A stretch of 63,889 nucleotides of DNA, filler included, from a bacterium (GCA_027062325.1; 3 parts of 3 records of this genome joined end to end with filler, not necessarily neighbours in it); one strand, 5' to 3'. Positions 1 through 9,842 are shown, numbered from the whole stretch's first letter. Numbers and translations are program-made. Notes: generated by a model from the sequence alone, not told the origin.

Positions 1-24
1 GCCGCCCCGATTTTTTATTTGTAC

Positions 25-600
25 TTATTTTTTGCTCAGTGTAAAGGCTTTGATGCCTATTCCGGTTGTAACTGCTTTGAGTATATCGTTTAAGATAAAT
101 GGCCAGAGACCGAGTTCAAGAACATGTTTCCATGAGTCATCCAGAGAATGTACTTCCAGCCAAAGCTTTAACCATATCAAACCTGGTAGGTATATCAAAG
201 TGTGTACAATAATGCTTGTTGTTACAGGTTTATTTTTGAGAAAAGTATTAAATAAGTAAGCTCCTACTACGGCAGCAATAATAAAGCCTATTAGATAACC
301 AAAAGTTGCCCCAAATGCAACCTTAATTCCCCCATTTGCTCCCGCAAACCATGGAATGCCTATTAATCCTAGTCCTACGTATAGACTCATGGAGAGAAGA
401 GCAACTTTTGAGTTGTTTAAAAGGGCTGTCAAGGCAACTCCAACTGTTGATAGAACGATTGGAACAGGTGTCCATGGAAGGGAAATTTTGATTTGAGCAA
501 GAAGGCCTGTTAAGATCGCAAAACCAAGAGCGCGAGTTAGGTTGAATATCCAACTTGTTGATTGTGAGGTTGAAAGAGTTTTCTGCTTCATGTAGATCAA
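25..600 (-). CDS. bioY: BioY biotin transporter (ECF S component)
   Basis: Hydrophobic 191 aa with AQIKISLPWTPVP, YVGLGLIGIPWFAG, GATFGYLIGF and PFILNDILK motifs typical of BioY. Confidence 0.93.
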   Translation of the reverse strand: MIYMKQKTLSTSQSTSWIFNLTRALGFAILTGLLAQIKISLPWTPVPIVLSTVGVALTALLNNSKVALLSMSLYVGLGLIGIPWFAGANGGIKVAFGATFGYLIGFIIAAVVGAYLFNTFLKNKPVTTSIIVHTLIYLPGLIWLKLWLEVHSLDDSWKHVLELGLWPFILNDILKAVTTGIGIKAFTLSKK

Positions 601-747
601 CTCCTTTCAATGGAATTTTGTAATTTGCTAAAACAATAATACCAGATAAATACTAAATAGGTTTTATGGTTTGGAGTGATAGGATATGTGATTAGAATTA
701 GTCAGTTTGCTCTATATCAAAGTGTTTTGTAAGATTTTGAAAAATAC

Positions 748-777
748 TTGACACGGATAAGGAGAAGTGGTTAAAAT
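748..777 (+). promoter_or_regulatory. sigma70-type promoter of the tRNA operon
   Basis: TTGACA-N18-TAAAAT, 25 bp upstream of the first tRNA. Confidence 0.7.
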
Positions 778-802
778 AAAGTTGCGTTTGAGGGGGAGAT
801 GA

Positions 803-876
803 GCGGGAGTAGCTCAGATGGCTAGAGCGCCTCCCTGCCACGGAGGAGGTCGCGGGTTCAAATCCCGTCTCCCGCT
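803..876 (+). tRNA. tRNA-Gly (GCC), CCA not encoded
   Basis: GCGGGAG/CTCCCGC acceptor stem; anticodon arm CCTCC-CTGCCAC-GGAGG; GTTCAAATC T-loop. Confidence 0.97.
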
Positions 877-883
877 CTTATGC

Positions 884-957
<74 letters not shown>

Positions 958-963
958 CTTTGT

Positions 964-1041
964 GGTGGGTGTAGCTCAGTTGGTCAGAGCACTGGGTTGT
1001 GGCCCCAGGGGTCGTGGGTTCAACTCCCACCACCCACCCCA
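964..1041 (+). tRNA. tRNA-His (GTG) with encoded G-1 and CCA
   Basis: G-1:C73; CTGGG-TTGTGGC-CCCAG; ends CCA. Confidence 0.97.
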
Positions 1042-1136
1042 GGACGTCATGGCTTGCTGAGCCAACACCTAATGGCTGCAAGCTTCTAAATAATGGAAAC
1101 AAGGTGAGCCGGACCGGTTGCCGGCTTTTAGCCGGT

Positions 1137-1212
1137 GGGCCGTTAGCTCAGTCGGTAGAGCACCGGACTTTTAATCCGGGTGTCACAGGTTCGAATCCTG
1201 TACGGCTCACCA
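1137..1212 (+). tRNA. tRNA-Lys (TTT), CCA encoded
   Basis: GGGCCGT/ACGGCTC stem; CCGGA-CTTTTAA-TCCGG; ends ACCA. Confidence 0.97.
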
Positions 1213-1230
1213 TAAGATAGGAGAGCGTGA

Positions 1231-1303
1231 GCGGGAGTAGCTCAGTTGGTAGAGCATCAGCCTTCCAAGCTGAGGGCCGCGGGTTCGAGTCCCGTCTCCC
1301 GCT
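1231..1303 (+). tRNA. tRNA-Gly (TCC), CCA not encoded
   Basis: TCAGC-CTTCCAA-GCTGA anticodon arm; GTTCGAGTC T-loop. Confidence 0.97.
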
Positions 1304-1316
1304 CTTTTTATAGTGC

Positions 1317-1389
1317 TCCAGGGTAGCTCAATTGGCAGAGCGTCCGGCTGTTAACCGGATGGTTGCGGGTTCAAGTCCCGCCCCTGGAG
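1317..1389 (+). tRNA. tRNA-Asn (GTT), CCA not encoded
   Basis: TCCAGGG/CCCTGGA stem; TCCGG-CTGTTAA-CCGGA. Confidence 0.97.
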
Positions 1390-1615
1390 CTTTTTTGTTT
1401 TTGGGGAAAATTTTGGAAAAAATGTTTATCTGCTGATGAAATTAGTTGTGAGAGTAATTTGCATAAACTAATAGCTAGTATTATATTTTTTCCAAATTAC
1501 TAGATGGATGCTGCAGGTTTATTAAAATAGTAATGATAATCAGTTGAGGGAATTGCCTTATCATTTGTTGAATTGTTGGAGCATTATGGGAGTGAATTCT
1601 AAAGGGGTGAAATAA

Positions 1616-2709
1616 ATGGATGAGGAGCTGTTTAATTTAATAGAGACTTTCAAAAAGGATGAGCGGCTTTTTTCTTATGATGAGCCTGCAACTAAACAAG
1701 CGGTGGTTTTACCAATTTTAAAAGCGTTGGGATGGAATCCATTTGATGTAAATGAGGTATGGCCTGAATATAAAGTGGGAGATAAAAGGGTGGATTATGC
1801 CCTTAGACATAAAGGTAAAAATAAAGTGTTTATAGAAGTTAAAAAAGTCGGTGAAGATTTGGAAAAACATCAAGAGCAGCTCTTGAATTATTCTTTTCAG
1901 GAAGGGGTAAAACTTGCAGTGTTAACTAATGGAATTAGTTGGTGGTTTTACTTACCTTTGCGAGAGGGAAGTTGGGAGCAAAGAAAATTTTATACGGTAG
2001 AGATATATGAGCAAGATACTAGAGATATTGTGAAAAGATTTGAGGATTTTTTGTCGAAGAATAATGTAATTTTGGATAAAGCTGTGGAGAATGCGGAAAG
2101 TTTATATGAAAGTAAACAAAGGAGGCAGATAATAAAAGAAACCCTTCCCAAGGCTTGGAACAAGTTGATTACAGAGCCTGCTGAACTTTTAGTTAATCTT
2201 TTAGCGGAAACGACGGAAAAATTGTGTGGTTATAAACCAGAGGATAATATAGTAATAAACTTTTTAAGGGAAATAAGTCAGAGAAAAATTGGAAAAAAAG
2301 GACAAAAGGAAAATTCCTTTTCTCAACAAACTTCTTTTGTTTCTCCTCTACCTACTACTACAATTTCTAAAGTGCATTCTCTTAAACAAGATTATACTGG
2401 GAGATCAATTGTATCTTTTACTTTTAAAGGAGTTAGATATGAGGTGCGAGTATGGAAAGAAATGTTGATAAAAATAGCAGAGCTTATGTTCTCAATGCAT
2501 AGACAGCAATTTCATAAGGTTTTTGATTTGAAGGGTAGAAAAAAGTGTATTTTTCAAGGAACTCAAGTGAATTAAGAGAACCAAGGCGAATAGGAAATAC
2601 GGATATTTATGTGGAAACTAACTTAAGTGCTAATGCTATTGTCAAACTTTGTAGAAAAATAGTAGCTCTTTTTGGATATAGGAAGGAAGACTTAATTATT
2701 GAAACCTAA
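1616..2709 (+). CDS. HsdR_N-type PD-(D/E)xK endonuclease with SeqA-like C-terminal domain; -1 frameshift near 2539-2545
   Basis: PILKALGW, RVDYAL, FIEVKK, QLLNYS, LTNG motifs; frame 0 stops at 2575, but the -1 frame continues VYFSRNSSELREPRRIGNTDIYVETNLSANAIVKLCRKIVALFGYRKEDLIIET to TAA at 2709. Confidence 0.75.
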
Positions 2710-2919
2710 ATATGAAGTTATCCCTCATTTTTGTACTAGACTGCTTTTATTTTCAAATTTGAGGTAAAATTGATATATAAGATGGTTTTAATTGAAGTTA
2801 TGAAAGAAAAATTGTGAATAAGTATTGATGATTAGGGAGCAGCTTGGGAGTTAATAATGTTGTGAAGTTCACCCAGCTGTACGAATATGAGCGTTAAAGT
2901 AGTGTAGGGTTGGTGTATT

Positions 2920-3918
2920 ATGGATAGAGTTAGTGAATTTGAATGGTTGATGTTTCTTATTAAAGGTATTGCAAGAAGACCAATTTGGGCTTTGCTTGCC
3001 TTTACATTGATAAGTTTGTTTGTATGGAAGTTTACTTCTGTTAACCTTTATGACCTATATATGGATCTTCAGGAGAAAAAAATTTATAGAGATGTAGAAG
3101 AAACAGGTGGATGTTTTGAGCATAAGATTTACGTTTGGGGTGAGACTCTTGATTCGTTAGATGCTACTTCTGATCTTTGGAAGGTGGAAAGTGTTAATGG
3201 AGATAAAAATGATGAAAAGAAAGGGAAAAGTGAAGGATTTAAAGTAAAACATCTTAAAATAGTTTCTTATCTATTAAGGAAAGTGGTGGATGCTTCTTTT
3301 GAAGTTCATCCCTTTTTAATTTCTGGTGATTTATTCGATTATTTTAATCCCTTGGAAGAAAAATTACTCAATTTTAGAATGTGGGTTTATAAGGTTGAAG
3401 GTGGTTTTGTTTGGGAGCTGAGAATAGAGCCTGTAATGGAAAGATATGTAGCTACTTATACACCGAATTCAAAGATTTTATTGGTGCCTATACTTATTCC
3501 TTCAGCTGTTTTAAAAGATATGAGAAAAATAGATTTATTGAATTTTAAAATAGCGATAAGTTATTTAGAAAGTGTAAAAAGTTTAAAGGGGGAAGTTTTT
3601 AAGAAGAATCCAGTGGATATAAAGAAACTTGAAAAAGTGAAAAGTAGAGTGTTAAGGTTTATAGCTAAGAAGAGAAAGGATTTAAAAAGTTTTTACGATG
3701 ATTTACCTGATATAAAGTGCAGTTTTGAAATTGATGAGCGTGTTTACAGAAAAGAGGATATTGAAATGGATCATTTTATTTATAGTTGGGTTGGTCTTAT
3801 AGGAATTGGAATTTTGGTTGGTTTGGCATTGGTTTATGAGAGGGAGGAAAGAAAAAAGAGAGAAAAAATGGAGACTGAAAGTAAGATGGGAAAGGAAGAA
3901 AACGATACTATTGCTTAA
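2920..3918 (+). CDS. hypothetical membrane protein (N- and C-terminal TM helices)
   Basis: 332 aa ORF with two terminal hydrophobic segments; no family recognised. Confidence 0.75.
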   Translation: MDRVSEFEWLMFLIKGIARRPIWALLAFTLISLFVWKFTSVNLYDLYMDLQEKKIYRDVEETGGCFEHKIYVWGETLDSLDATSDLWKVESVNGDKNDEKKGKSEGFKVKHLKIVSYLLRKVVDASFEVHPFLISGDLFDYFNPLEEKLLNFRMWVYKVEGGFVWELRIEPVMERYVATYTPNSKILLVPILIPSAVLKDMRKIDLLNFKIAISYLESVKSLKGEVFKKNPVDIKKLEKVKSRVLRFIAKKRKDLKSFYDDLPDIKCSFEIDERVYRKEDIEMDHFIYSWVGLIGIGILVGLALVYEREERKKREKMETESKMGKEENDTIA

Positions 3919-3982
3919 TGAATTGTTTAAAAGTGCATAAAGGTGCGCTATTAAGGAATATGCTTACGAGGAATGTTTTGGG

Positions 3983-4885
3983 TTGAGAGTTAGGATAAGT
4001 TGCTTTTTTAAAACCTTGCGAGGCAATTTAGGGTATATCATAGGGGTTGCTGTTTTAACTTTATTTGTAATTGGAATGATGGAATTTTTCAGAATTACAA
4101 TGGTTCTTCCTCTTAATGTCAAAAAAGGAGTAGTTTTTTCGTGGAACGGCACTGTTGTGGAGAAGGTGCCGTTTGAATACTTGAATCAGCCAGAAAGTCT
4201 CTTAAAAGTGCCTTTTTCCAAGTTATACAAGTATACTTACTACGATCTCAAAATTTTTAAGCGTTCTCTTGTGAAAAATGGATTTTCTGATGTTAAAATT
4301 ACAGCTTTGTTTTTACAGAATCCCCAGTTTGCAAGTGTTTGTATTCCTGTTTTGCGATATAAATTAGAGATGAATATTTCGATTATTGATTTGAATAAAA
4401 AATATCCGCCTCTTTTAGATATAGATGTAGAAGATTTAGGAGAATTTTTGAGTTTTGCTGCTAGTAAAGAGTTTGTAGTTCCCATATTTTTATTTGGAGA
4501 ATTTACTGCTATACAGGCAGATTATTTTACTATAAGTTTTTTGGAAGAAAATGCTGAAGTTTTGGTGGAATTGTTTAGGAGTTTGAATCCTGAGTATTCG
4601 AAAAAGAGAAATGTTGAATCGATAAAAAAATATTTGGTTTACGCCTCAAAAAAGGTAAAGAACTATATTCGTAGAAAAAGGTTGCTACATAAGTTGTATA
4701 GAAAAGACATAGACTCAATACGTTACAGGATAAATATAGAAAGAAAAAATTACAGTTGGGTTTTCAAACACAACAAACTTCTAAATTTATTTGAAATGAT
4801 AATTGTTTTAGGAGTTGTTATAGTAATTGTTATATATATTTTAAAATTTTGTAAAAATGGAGAAAATAATAATTATTACTCCTAA
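3983..4885 (+). CDS. hypothetical membrane protein, probable paralog of 2920-3918
   Basis: 300 aa ORF with the same topology and collinear shared motifs. Confidence 0.72.
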   Translation: MRVRISCFFKTLRGNLGYIIGVAVLTLFVIGMMEFFRITMVLPLNVKKGVVFSWNGTVVEKVPFEYLNQPESLLKVPFSKLYKYTYYDLKIFKRSLVKNGFSDVKITALFLQNPQFASVCIPVLRYKLEMNISIIDLNKKYPPLLDIDVEDLGEFLSFAASKEFVVPIFLFGEFTAIQADYFTISFLEENAEVLVELFRSLNPEYSKKRNVESIKKYLVYASKKVKNYIRRKRLLHKLYRKDIDSIRYRINIERKNYSWVFKHNKLLNLFEMIIVLGVVIVIVIYILKFCKNGENNNYYS

Positions 4886-4989
4886 AAGTTTATTTAAAGT
4901 TGAAAAAAATTATTAAGTGTGTTTTAATATTAGTAGAGCTAATTAATTCTATATAGGGTTTAAAAAATTTAAGATGGAGGTGTTTTAAT

Positions 4990-6288
4990 ATGGAGCAGAA
5001 AATGTTTTGTTATCAATGTTCTCAAGCAGCAGGGGGAAAAGGATGTACTTATAGTGGTGTATGCGGAAAAAACTCTACTCTTGCCCGTTTGGAGGATAAT
5101 TTAATTTTTACTCTTAAGGGAATTTCAGCTTATGCTTATCATGCTAGGGAATTAGGATATACGGATCCTGAAATTGATTCTTTTATTGAAGAATCCCTAT
5201 TTGCTACTTTGACAAATGTTAATTTTGATCCTGAATCTTTTGTTGAATATGCTTTAGAAGCAGGACGTATGAATTTAAAGGCTATGGAGATGTTGAAAAA
5301 AGCACACATTGAGTACTTTGGGGAGCCTGAACCAACGGAGGTTAGGACTGGTACTGTAAAAGGAAAAGGAATCGTAGTAACCGGACATGATTTGAAAGCA
5401 CTTGAAGAACTTTTAAAACAAACGGAGGGAACTGGTATAAATGTTTATACTCACTCAGAAATGCTCCCGGCTCATGCTTATCCCAAACTTAAAAAGTATA
5501 AACACTTGGTTGGAAATTTGGGAGTTGCCTGGCATGATCAAAAGCAACTTTTCAAGAAGTATCCGGTAGCTATTCTTGGGACAACAAACTGTGTATTAAT
5601 TCCAGATGAGTCTTATCGGGATCGTATGTTTACCACTGCTATTGCAAGACTTCCGGGGGTAAAGCATATTAAGGGATATGATTACTCTGAAGTTATAGAA
5701 AAGGCGAAAAGTTTACCTGATCTTCCAGAGGAAGAGGGAGAAAAAGTATTGACAACAGGGTTCTCTGCTTCTGTTGTCCTTTCATTGAAGGATAAAATAA
5801 AGGAGCTTGTGGAAGCAGGAAAAATTAGGCATTTCTTTCTTGTAGGAGGATGTGATTCTCCTAATAAGAAGATGAACTATTATCGTGAGTTTGTAAAAAA
5901 TCTTCCGAAGGATACGGTGATTTTGACTTTAGGATGTTTGAAGTATAGGATAAATGATCTTGATCTTGGAGATATTGAAGGAATACCACGTCTTTTGGAT
6001 CTTGGGCAGTGCAATGACTCGATAGTGGCGATTCAAATAGCATCTGCTTTGGCAGAATTGTTTGGTGTTGGAGTGAATGAACTCCCACTTACTTTGGTTT
6101 TAGGGTGGATGGAGCAGAAAGCAGTTTCAATTTTCTGGACGCTTATGCACCTTGGAATTAAAGGAATATACCTTGGTCCGATTCTTCCTCCGTGGGTTGA
6201 TGAGAATATCCTTAAAGTGCTTGTTGATAAATTTGATGTTCATCTTATATCTACTCCAGAGGAGGATATAAAGAAAATTTTGGGATAG
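4990..6288 (+). CDS. hcp: hybrid cluster protein / hydroxylamine reductase (short, class III-like)
   Basis: [51 protein letters not shown]. Confidence 0.96.
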   Translation: MEQKMFCYQCSQAAGGKGCTYSGVCGKNSTLARLEDNLIFTLKGISAYAYHARELGYTDPEIDSFIEESLFATLTNVNFDPESFVEYALEAGRMNLKAMEMLKKAHIEYFGEPEPTEVRTGTVKGKGIVVTGHDLKALEELLKQTEGTGINVYTHSEMLPAHAYPKLKKYKHLVGNLGVAWHDQKQLFKKYPVAILGTTNCVLIPDESYRDRMFTTAIARLPGVKHIKGYDYSEVIEKAKSLPDLPEEEGEKVLTTGFSASVVLSLKDKIKELVEAGKIRHFFLVGGCDSPNKKMNYYREFVKNLPKDTVILTLGCLKYRINDLDLGDIEGIPRLLDLGQCNDSIVAIQIASALAELFGVGVNELPLTLVLGWMEQKAVSIFWTLMHLGIKGIYLGPILPPWVDENILKVLVDKFDVHLISTPEEDIKKILG

Positions 6289-6325
6289 GAAAAGTTTTGA
6301 GATTTAAAGATGAAATTATAATGCA

Positions 6326-6343
6326 GGGGGCTTTGCAGCCCCC
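6326..6343. terminator. GC-rich hairpin between convergent hcp and peroxiredoxin genes
   Basis: GGGGGCT-TTGC-AGCCCCC; no strong U tract. Confidence 0.55.
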
Positions 6344-6389
6344 CGTCACATGCACTGTATTGTAGGTATAAGTTGTGTTTATAAATTGT

Positions 6390-7046
6390 TTACAAACTCT
6401 TATAGCAGAACCACCAATCGTAGCATTCGTGTTTACCTGCTTTTGCATCGTCCATGCGCTTTTTAGCGTCTTCCTCACTGGTTGCCGGTGGAACGATTAC
6501 TTTATCACCCATGAGTTCGTTTTCCGGCCAGTTCGCTGGAATAGCGACTCCATTTTCATCCGAAACCTGCAATCCTTTAACTGCTCTTAAAATTTCTTTC
6601 ATATTGCGACCTAACTCCTGCGGATAGTAGATCATTGCGCGAATTATTCCCTTAGGATCAACAATAAATACTGCGCGTACAGTATTAGTGCCTTTTGCTT
6701 GATGGATTAAACCAAGTTGCTTTGAAACATTGCCGAGGTCATCAGCTATTATTGGAAATTTGATCTCTTCTCCAATTTTTTCTTTTATCCATTCTACCCA
6801 TTTTATGTGAGAGAACACCTGGTCAATAGAAAGGCCAATTAATTCACAATTGAGTTTTTTAAAATCTTCATAATGCTTGTTGAATGATACAAATTCTGTG
6901 GTGCAAACTGGTGTAAAATCAGCTGGGTGGCTAAACAGCACAAACCACTTTCCCTTATAATCATCTGGTAATTTTTTAACCCCGTGAGTGGTCAACACTT
7001 CCAATTCAGGAAATTTTTCACCAAGTAAAGGAATTCTCATCTCCAT
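6390..7046 (-). CDS. peroxiredoxin (Prx6/archaeal type)
   Basis: [15 protein letters not shown]-terminal CYDWWFCYK; start moved to MEMRIP after SD AGGAGGGG. Confidence 0.95.
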   Translation of the reverse strand: MEMRIPLLGEKFPELEVLTTHGVKKLPDDYKGKWFVLFSHPADFTPVCTTEFVSFNKHYEDFKKLNCELIGLSIDQVFSHIKWVEWIKEKIGEEIKFPIIADDLGNVSKQLGLIHQAKGTNTVRAVFIVDPKGIIRAMIYYPQELGRNMKEILRAVKGLQVSDENGVAIPANWPENELMGDKVIVPPATSEEDAKKRMDDAKAGKHECYDWWFCYKSL

Positions 7047-7068
7047 ATAAATCCCCTCCTTTTTGAAG

Positions 7069-7473
7069 TTATTTTTTATTTTCATAAGTATTTTTCCACA
7101 ATCCATGCTTATTACAGTAAGAACGAATAACGGCTTTGTTGGTTTCTACTCTGAATTCTGCGACAGGTTCTTCACCTGGCTTCAGAAAATAACGTGCCTG
7201 CGTCGGAATTCCATCTTCAGCTATGATTTCAATCCACTCTATAAAGTGATCATCAGACATCGGGTGAGACTCTTTTTTACCTACAGAAATTGTAAATTTT
7301 CTACACTTTTTTTCAATTGAGGGGACATGTTTTTCTGTATTTGGATCTGCTGTTTTCGGTTCCAGTTTTTTCATCGGTTGACCACAACAGTGAATTTCAG
7401 ATCCACCACCTTTTATTATTTCAACGATATTACCACACTTCTCGCACAAGTAAACTTCAAAACGCTCTGGCAT
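7069..7473 (-). CDS. dfx: desulfoferrodoxin (2Fe superoxide reductase)
   Basis: [34 protein letters not shown]. Confidence 0.95.
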   Translation of the reverse strand: MPERFEVYLCEKCGNIVEIIKGGGSEIHCCGQPMKKLEPKTADPNTEKHVPSIEKKCRKFTISVGKKESHPMSDDHFIEWIEIIAEDGIPTQARYFLKPGEEPVAEFRVETNKAVIRSYCNKHGLWKNTYENKK

Positions 7474-7476
7474 TCC

Positions 7477-8067
7477 TTATCCCTCCTTTTTCCAACCAAA
7501 ATCGTCTCCAGCTTCTTCAAAATAAGCTTGTGGATGCGCACAAGCAGGACACTTTGCTGGGGGCTCAGTTCCTTCATGAACGTATCCGCAGTTTCTGCAT
7601 CTCCATTTTATAGGTTTTTCGCGCTTGAAGATTTCACCTCTCTCCAGCCTTTCAGCAAGTGTTTTGAATCTTATTTCGTGATACTTTTCTGCTACTGCTA
7701 TTGCTCTAAATACAGCAGCTATTTCAGGAAAACCTTCCTCTTCTGCTATCTTGGCAAATTCTGGATACATTTGTTCGTACTCGTAATTCTCTCCCCCAGC
7801 GGACGCCTTAAGATTTTCAAGAGTCGAGCTGATTTTTCCAGCAGGAAAAGCTGCTGAAATCTCTACTTCACCACCTTCTAAAAATTTAAATAATCTTTTA
7901 GCGTGTTCTTTTTCTTGCTCTGCTGTTTCAAGGAAAACCGCAGCTATCTGTTCGTAACCTTCTTTTTTAGCCACAGATGCAAAATAAGTATAGCGATTAC
8001 GTGCCTGCGATTCACCGGCAAAGGCCGTTAGTAAATTTTTTTCTGTTTTTGTTCCTTTTAAATTCAT
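7477..8067 (-). CDS. rbr: rubrerythrin
   Basis: [23 protein letters not shown]-terminal CRNCG..CPAC. Confidence 0.96.
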   Translation of the reverse strand: MNLKGTKTEKNLLTAFAGESQARNRYTYFASVAKKEGYEQIAAVFLETAEQEKEHAKRLFKFLEGGEVEISAAFPAGKISSTLENLKASAGGENYEYEQMYPEFAKIAEEEGFPEIAAVFRAIAVAEKYHEIRFKTLAERLERGEIFKREKPIKWRCRNCGYVHEGTEPPAKCPACAHPQAYFEEAGDDFGWKKEG

Positions 8068-8094
8068 AGCAATTCACTCCTTTGCAATTTATTA

Positions 8095-8253
8095 TTAGTT
8101 CAAAGTTTTAAATACAGATTTGTCTGCTCCGCATATGGAGTAAACCCAATTGTCTGGTATATCTTCAAATTTGATGTTGGGTTCAATTTCGGAGCTGGTG
8201 TCACCTTTTTCAGGGTCATAGATGTATCCACATAAAGGACAATAGTGCTTCAT
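8095..8253 (-). CDS. rubredoxin-like protein (52 aa) with the third Cys replaced; not in the ORF track
   Basis: Manual translation MKHYCPLCGYIYDPEKGDTSSEIEPNIKFEDIPDNWVYSICGADKSVFKTLN; GGTGG SD; first gene of the rbr-dfx-prx run. Confidence 0.85.
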   Translation of the reverse strand: MKHYCPLCGYIYDPEKGDTSSEIEPNIKFEDIPDNWVYSICGADKSVFKTLN

Positions 8254-8301
8254 ACCTAACCACCTTCTGAATTGTATTAGCTATACTAACAGATTGATAA
8301 C

Positions 8302-8316
8302 CTTAAATGATTATAA
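8302..8316 (-). promoter_or_regulatory. putative PerR/Fur-type operator
   Basis: TTATAATCATTTAAG matches 11 of 14 fixed positions of TTATAATnATTATAA; about 50 bp upstream of the oxidative-stress operon; AT-rich background lowers confidence. Confidence 0.45.
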
Positions 8317-8319
8317 AAT

Positions 8320-9537
8320 TTAATTATTATGTTTGTCAATGATGTTTGATAAAGTGTTGTAATTTTTTAAAATGGATTTTAATATTTCTAATTCAAAACG
8401 CCAACCAATTTTAAGAGAGGTATTATCTAAAGAAATTAGCAATACTAACATATCTTCTGGCTTAATATTTAGATCTTGGTCAAAATTGTTCAAGAGAAGG
8501 CTTGTGCTTATAAAGCACATTTTGAGTATATCGATAGGATTTACACTGTAAGCGAAGAAAAGAGAAGCAGCTTTAAGTGTGTTTTTACTTTTGAAGAAAT
8601 TTCCTAGTTCTATGAAGTTTGCTGATTTGAAGTGGCTTATGCTCAAAGGAATGATTGAATATGAAATTTTGCCATCTTCTATGAAAAACTCTCCGTCCAG
8701 GGGTTTTTCGAATGAAATTTTAAGATTTTTGCACAGTTCTTCAATTGAAACCGGAGTTCTTAGAAACTTTTCTTCGTAAAGTTGTAAAGCTTTATTAAGT
8801 TTTGGAATACTTTTATTTAGTGAATCGATTAACTTTGAATTTACGTAGAAGAGAAAAGTTGGCCACTTAATTAAAGGAAATGTAATTTCGGTTGTAGATT
8901 CGGGAATTTTGATTTTAAAATTCTCGGTTATTAGTAGTTCATTTGATGAGTTGTTTATTTTAAAAACTTTAAATGCTTTTTCAAAATTAGTGGTGGATAA
9001 TTTTATGGCGATTGCAGCTATGTTTAGTATTTGATTTTCAACTTTTTCTATTAGACTAGGATGAAATTTTTTTAACAGAAAAAAAAGTTCAAGTTGGTTG
9101 TCATAGTCTATGCAGAGCTTTATAGCTTGTTTTGGTGAGGAGTTTATCAGCCATTTGGGAGGATATTCTTTCAATTTATCCAAAAGAGCTGTTTTGATTT
9201 TCTTCTGGAGAAATGAAAGTTTTTTATTTGGAGGACCCTTGTATTTAGCAATTAGCTTCAAGGCTTTTTCCAACTCTCCGCGTTTTGCATACAGAAGAGA
9301 AAGATTATAAAAGGCTTCCCAATTATAGGGAAAATTTTTTGTGAGAAATAAAAGTTTTTCCTCGGCCTCTCTAGTTTTTCCTATTTTAATAAGGGAAATT
9401 GCTAAATTAAGGTTTGCAGGATAGTTATAAGGATTTTTTTTAACCAGAGCTTGTAGCATTAAAAAATCTAATTCTTTACTAAAGGATTTAGAAGTTAGAA
9501 AAAAGAATGCTGTGATTATTAAAAATTTTTTACTCAT
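8320..9537 (-). CDS. exported TPR-repeat protein
   Basis: Signal-peptide-like N-terminus; TPR-like NPYNYPANLNLAISL and WEAFYNLSLLYAKRGELEKAL. Confidence 0.75.
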   Translation of the reverse strand: MSKKFLIITAFFFLTSKSFSKELDFLMLQALVKKNPYNYPANLNLAISLIKIGKTREAEEKLLFLTKNFPYNWEAFYNLSLLYAKRGELEKALKLIAKYKGPPNKKLSFLQKKIKTALLDKLKEYPPKWLINSSPKQAIKLCIDYDNQLELFFLLKKFHPSLIEKVENQILNIAAIAIKLSTTNFEKAFKVFKINNSSNELLITENFKIKIPESTTEITFPLIKWPTFLFYVNSKLIDSLNKSIPKLNKALQLYEEKFLRTPVSIEELCKNLKISFEKPLDGEFFIEDGKISYSIIPLSISHFKSANFIELGNFFKSKNTLKAASLFFAYSVNPIDILKMCFISTSLLLNNFDQDLNIKPEDMLVLLISLDNTSLKIGWRFELEILKSILKNYNTLSNIIDKHNN

Positions 9538-9544
9538 AATTTAC

Positions 9545-9590
9545 TTCAGGGCTAGATTTGCATACGCATTACTTCCCGATACGCTTCTAA
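9545..9590. repeat. left arm of 46-bp perfect inverted repeat (fliE 3' end including stop); partner 9974-10019
   Basis: TTCAGGGCTAGATTTGCATACGCATTACTTCCCGATACGCTTCTAA is the exact reverse complement of 9974-10019. Confidence 0.97.
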
Positions 9591-9788
9591 AATAGCTTCT
9601 TTCAAACGCGTCACTGTTTCCACAGCAAGAGATGCCTTTTGGGTAGCCACGGTGAGTTCGTGTATGGAGGCTTTTCCCTTTACAAAATCACGTTCAACTT
9701 TAGTAGCTTGTTTTTGGAGTGAATCAGCCCAGTTTATGCTTTTTGAGATGTTAGAAAAAATAAAACGGGAATTGTTAACTACCCCCAT
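9552..9788 (-). CDS. fliE: flagellar hook-basal body protein FliE
   Basis: IHELTVATQKASLA and LEAYREVMRMQI C-terminus; start at MGVVNN after AGGGGG. Confidence 0.9.
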   Translation of the reverse strand: MGVVNNSRFIFSNISKSINWADSLQKQATKVERDFVKGKASIHELTVATQKASLAVETVTRLKEAILEAYREVMRMQI

Positions 9789-9842
9789 TTTTGGCCCCCC
9801 TATGGTGAAACGGTCGATTTGCAAAGAAGTAAATTTTAAAAG

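Noticed and set aside
4867-4878. TAATAATTATTA palindrome upstream of hcp
   Set aside because: Lies in the end of an ORF within very AT-rich DNA; not distinguishable from chance.
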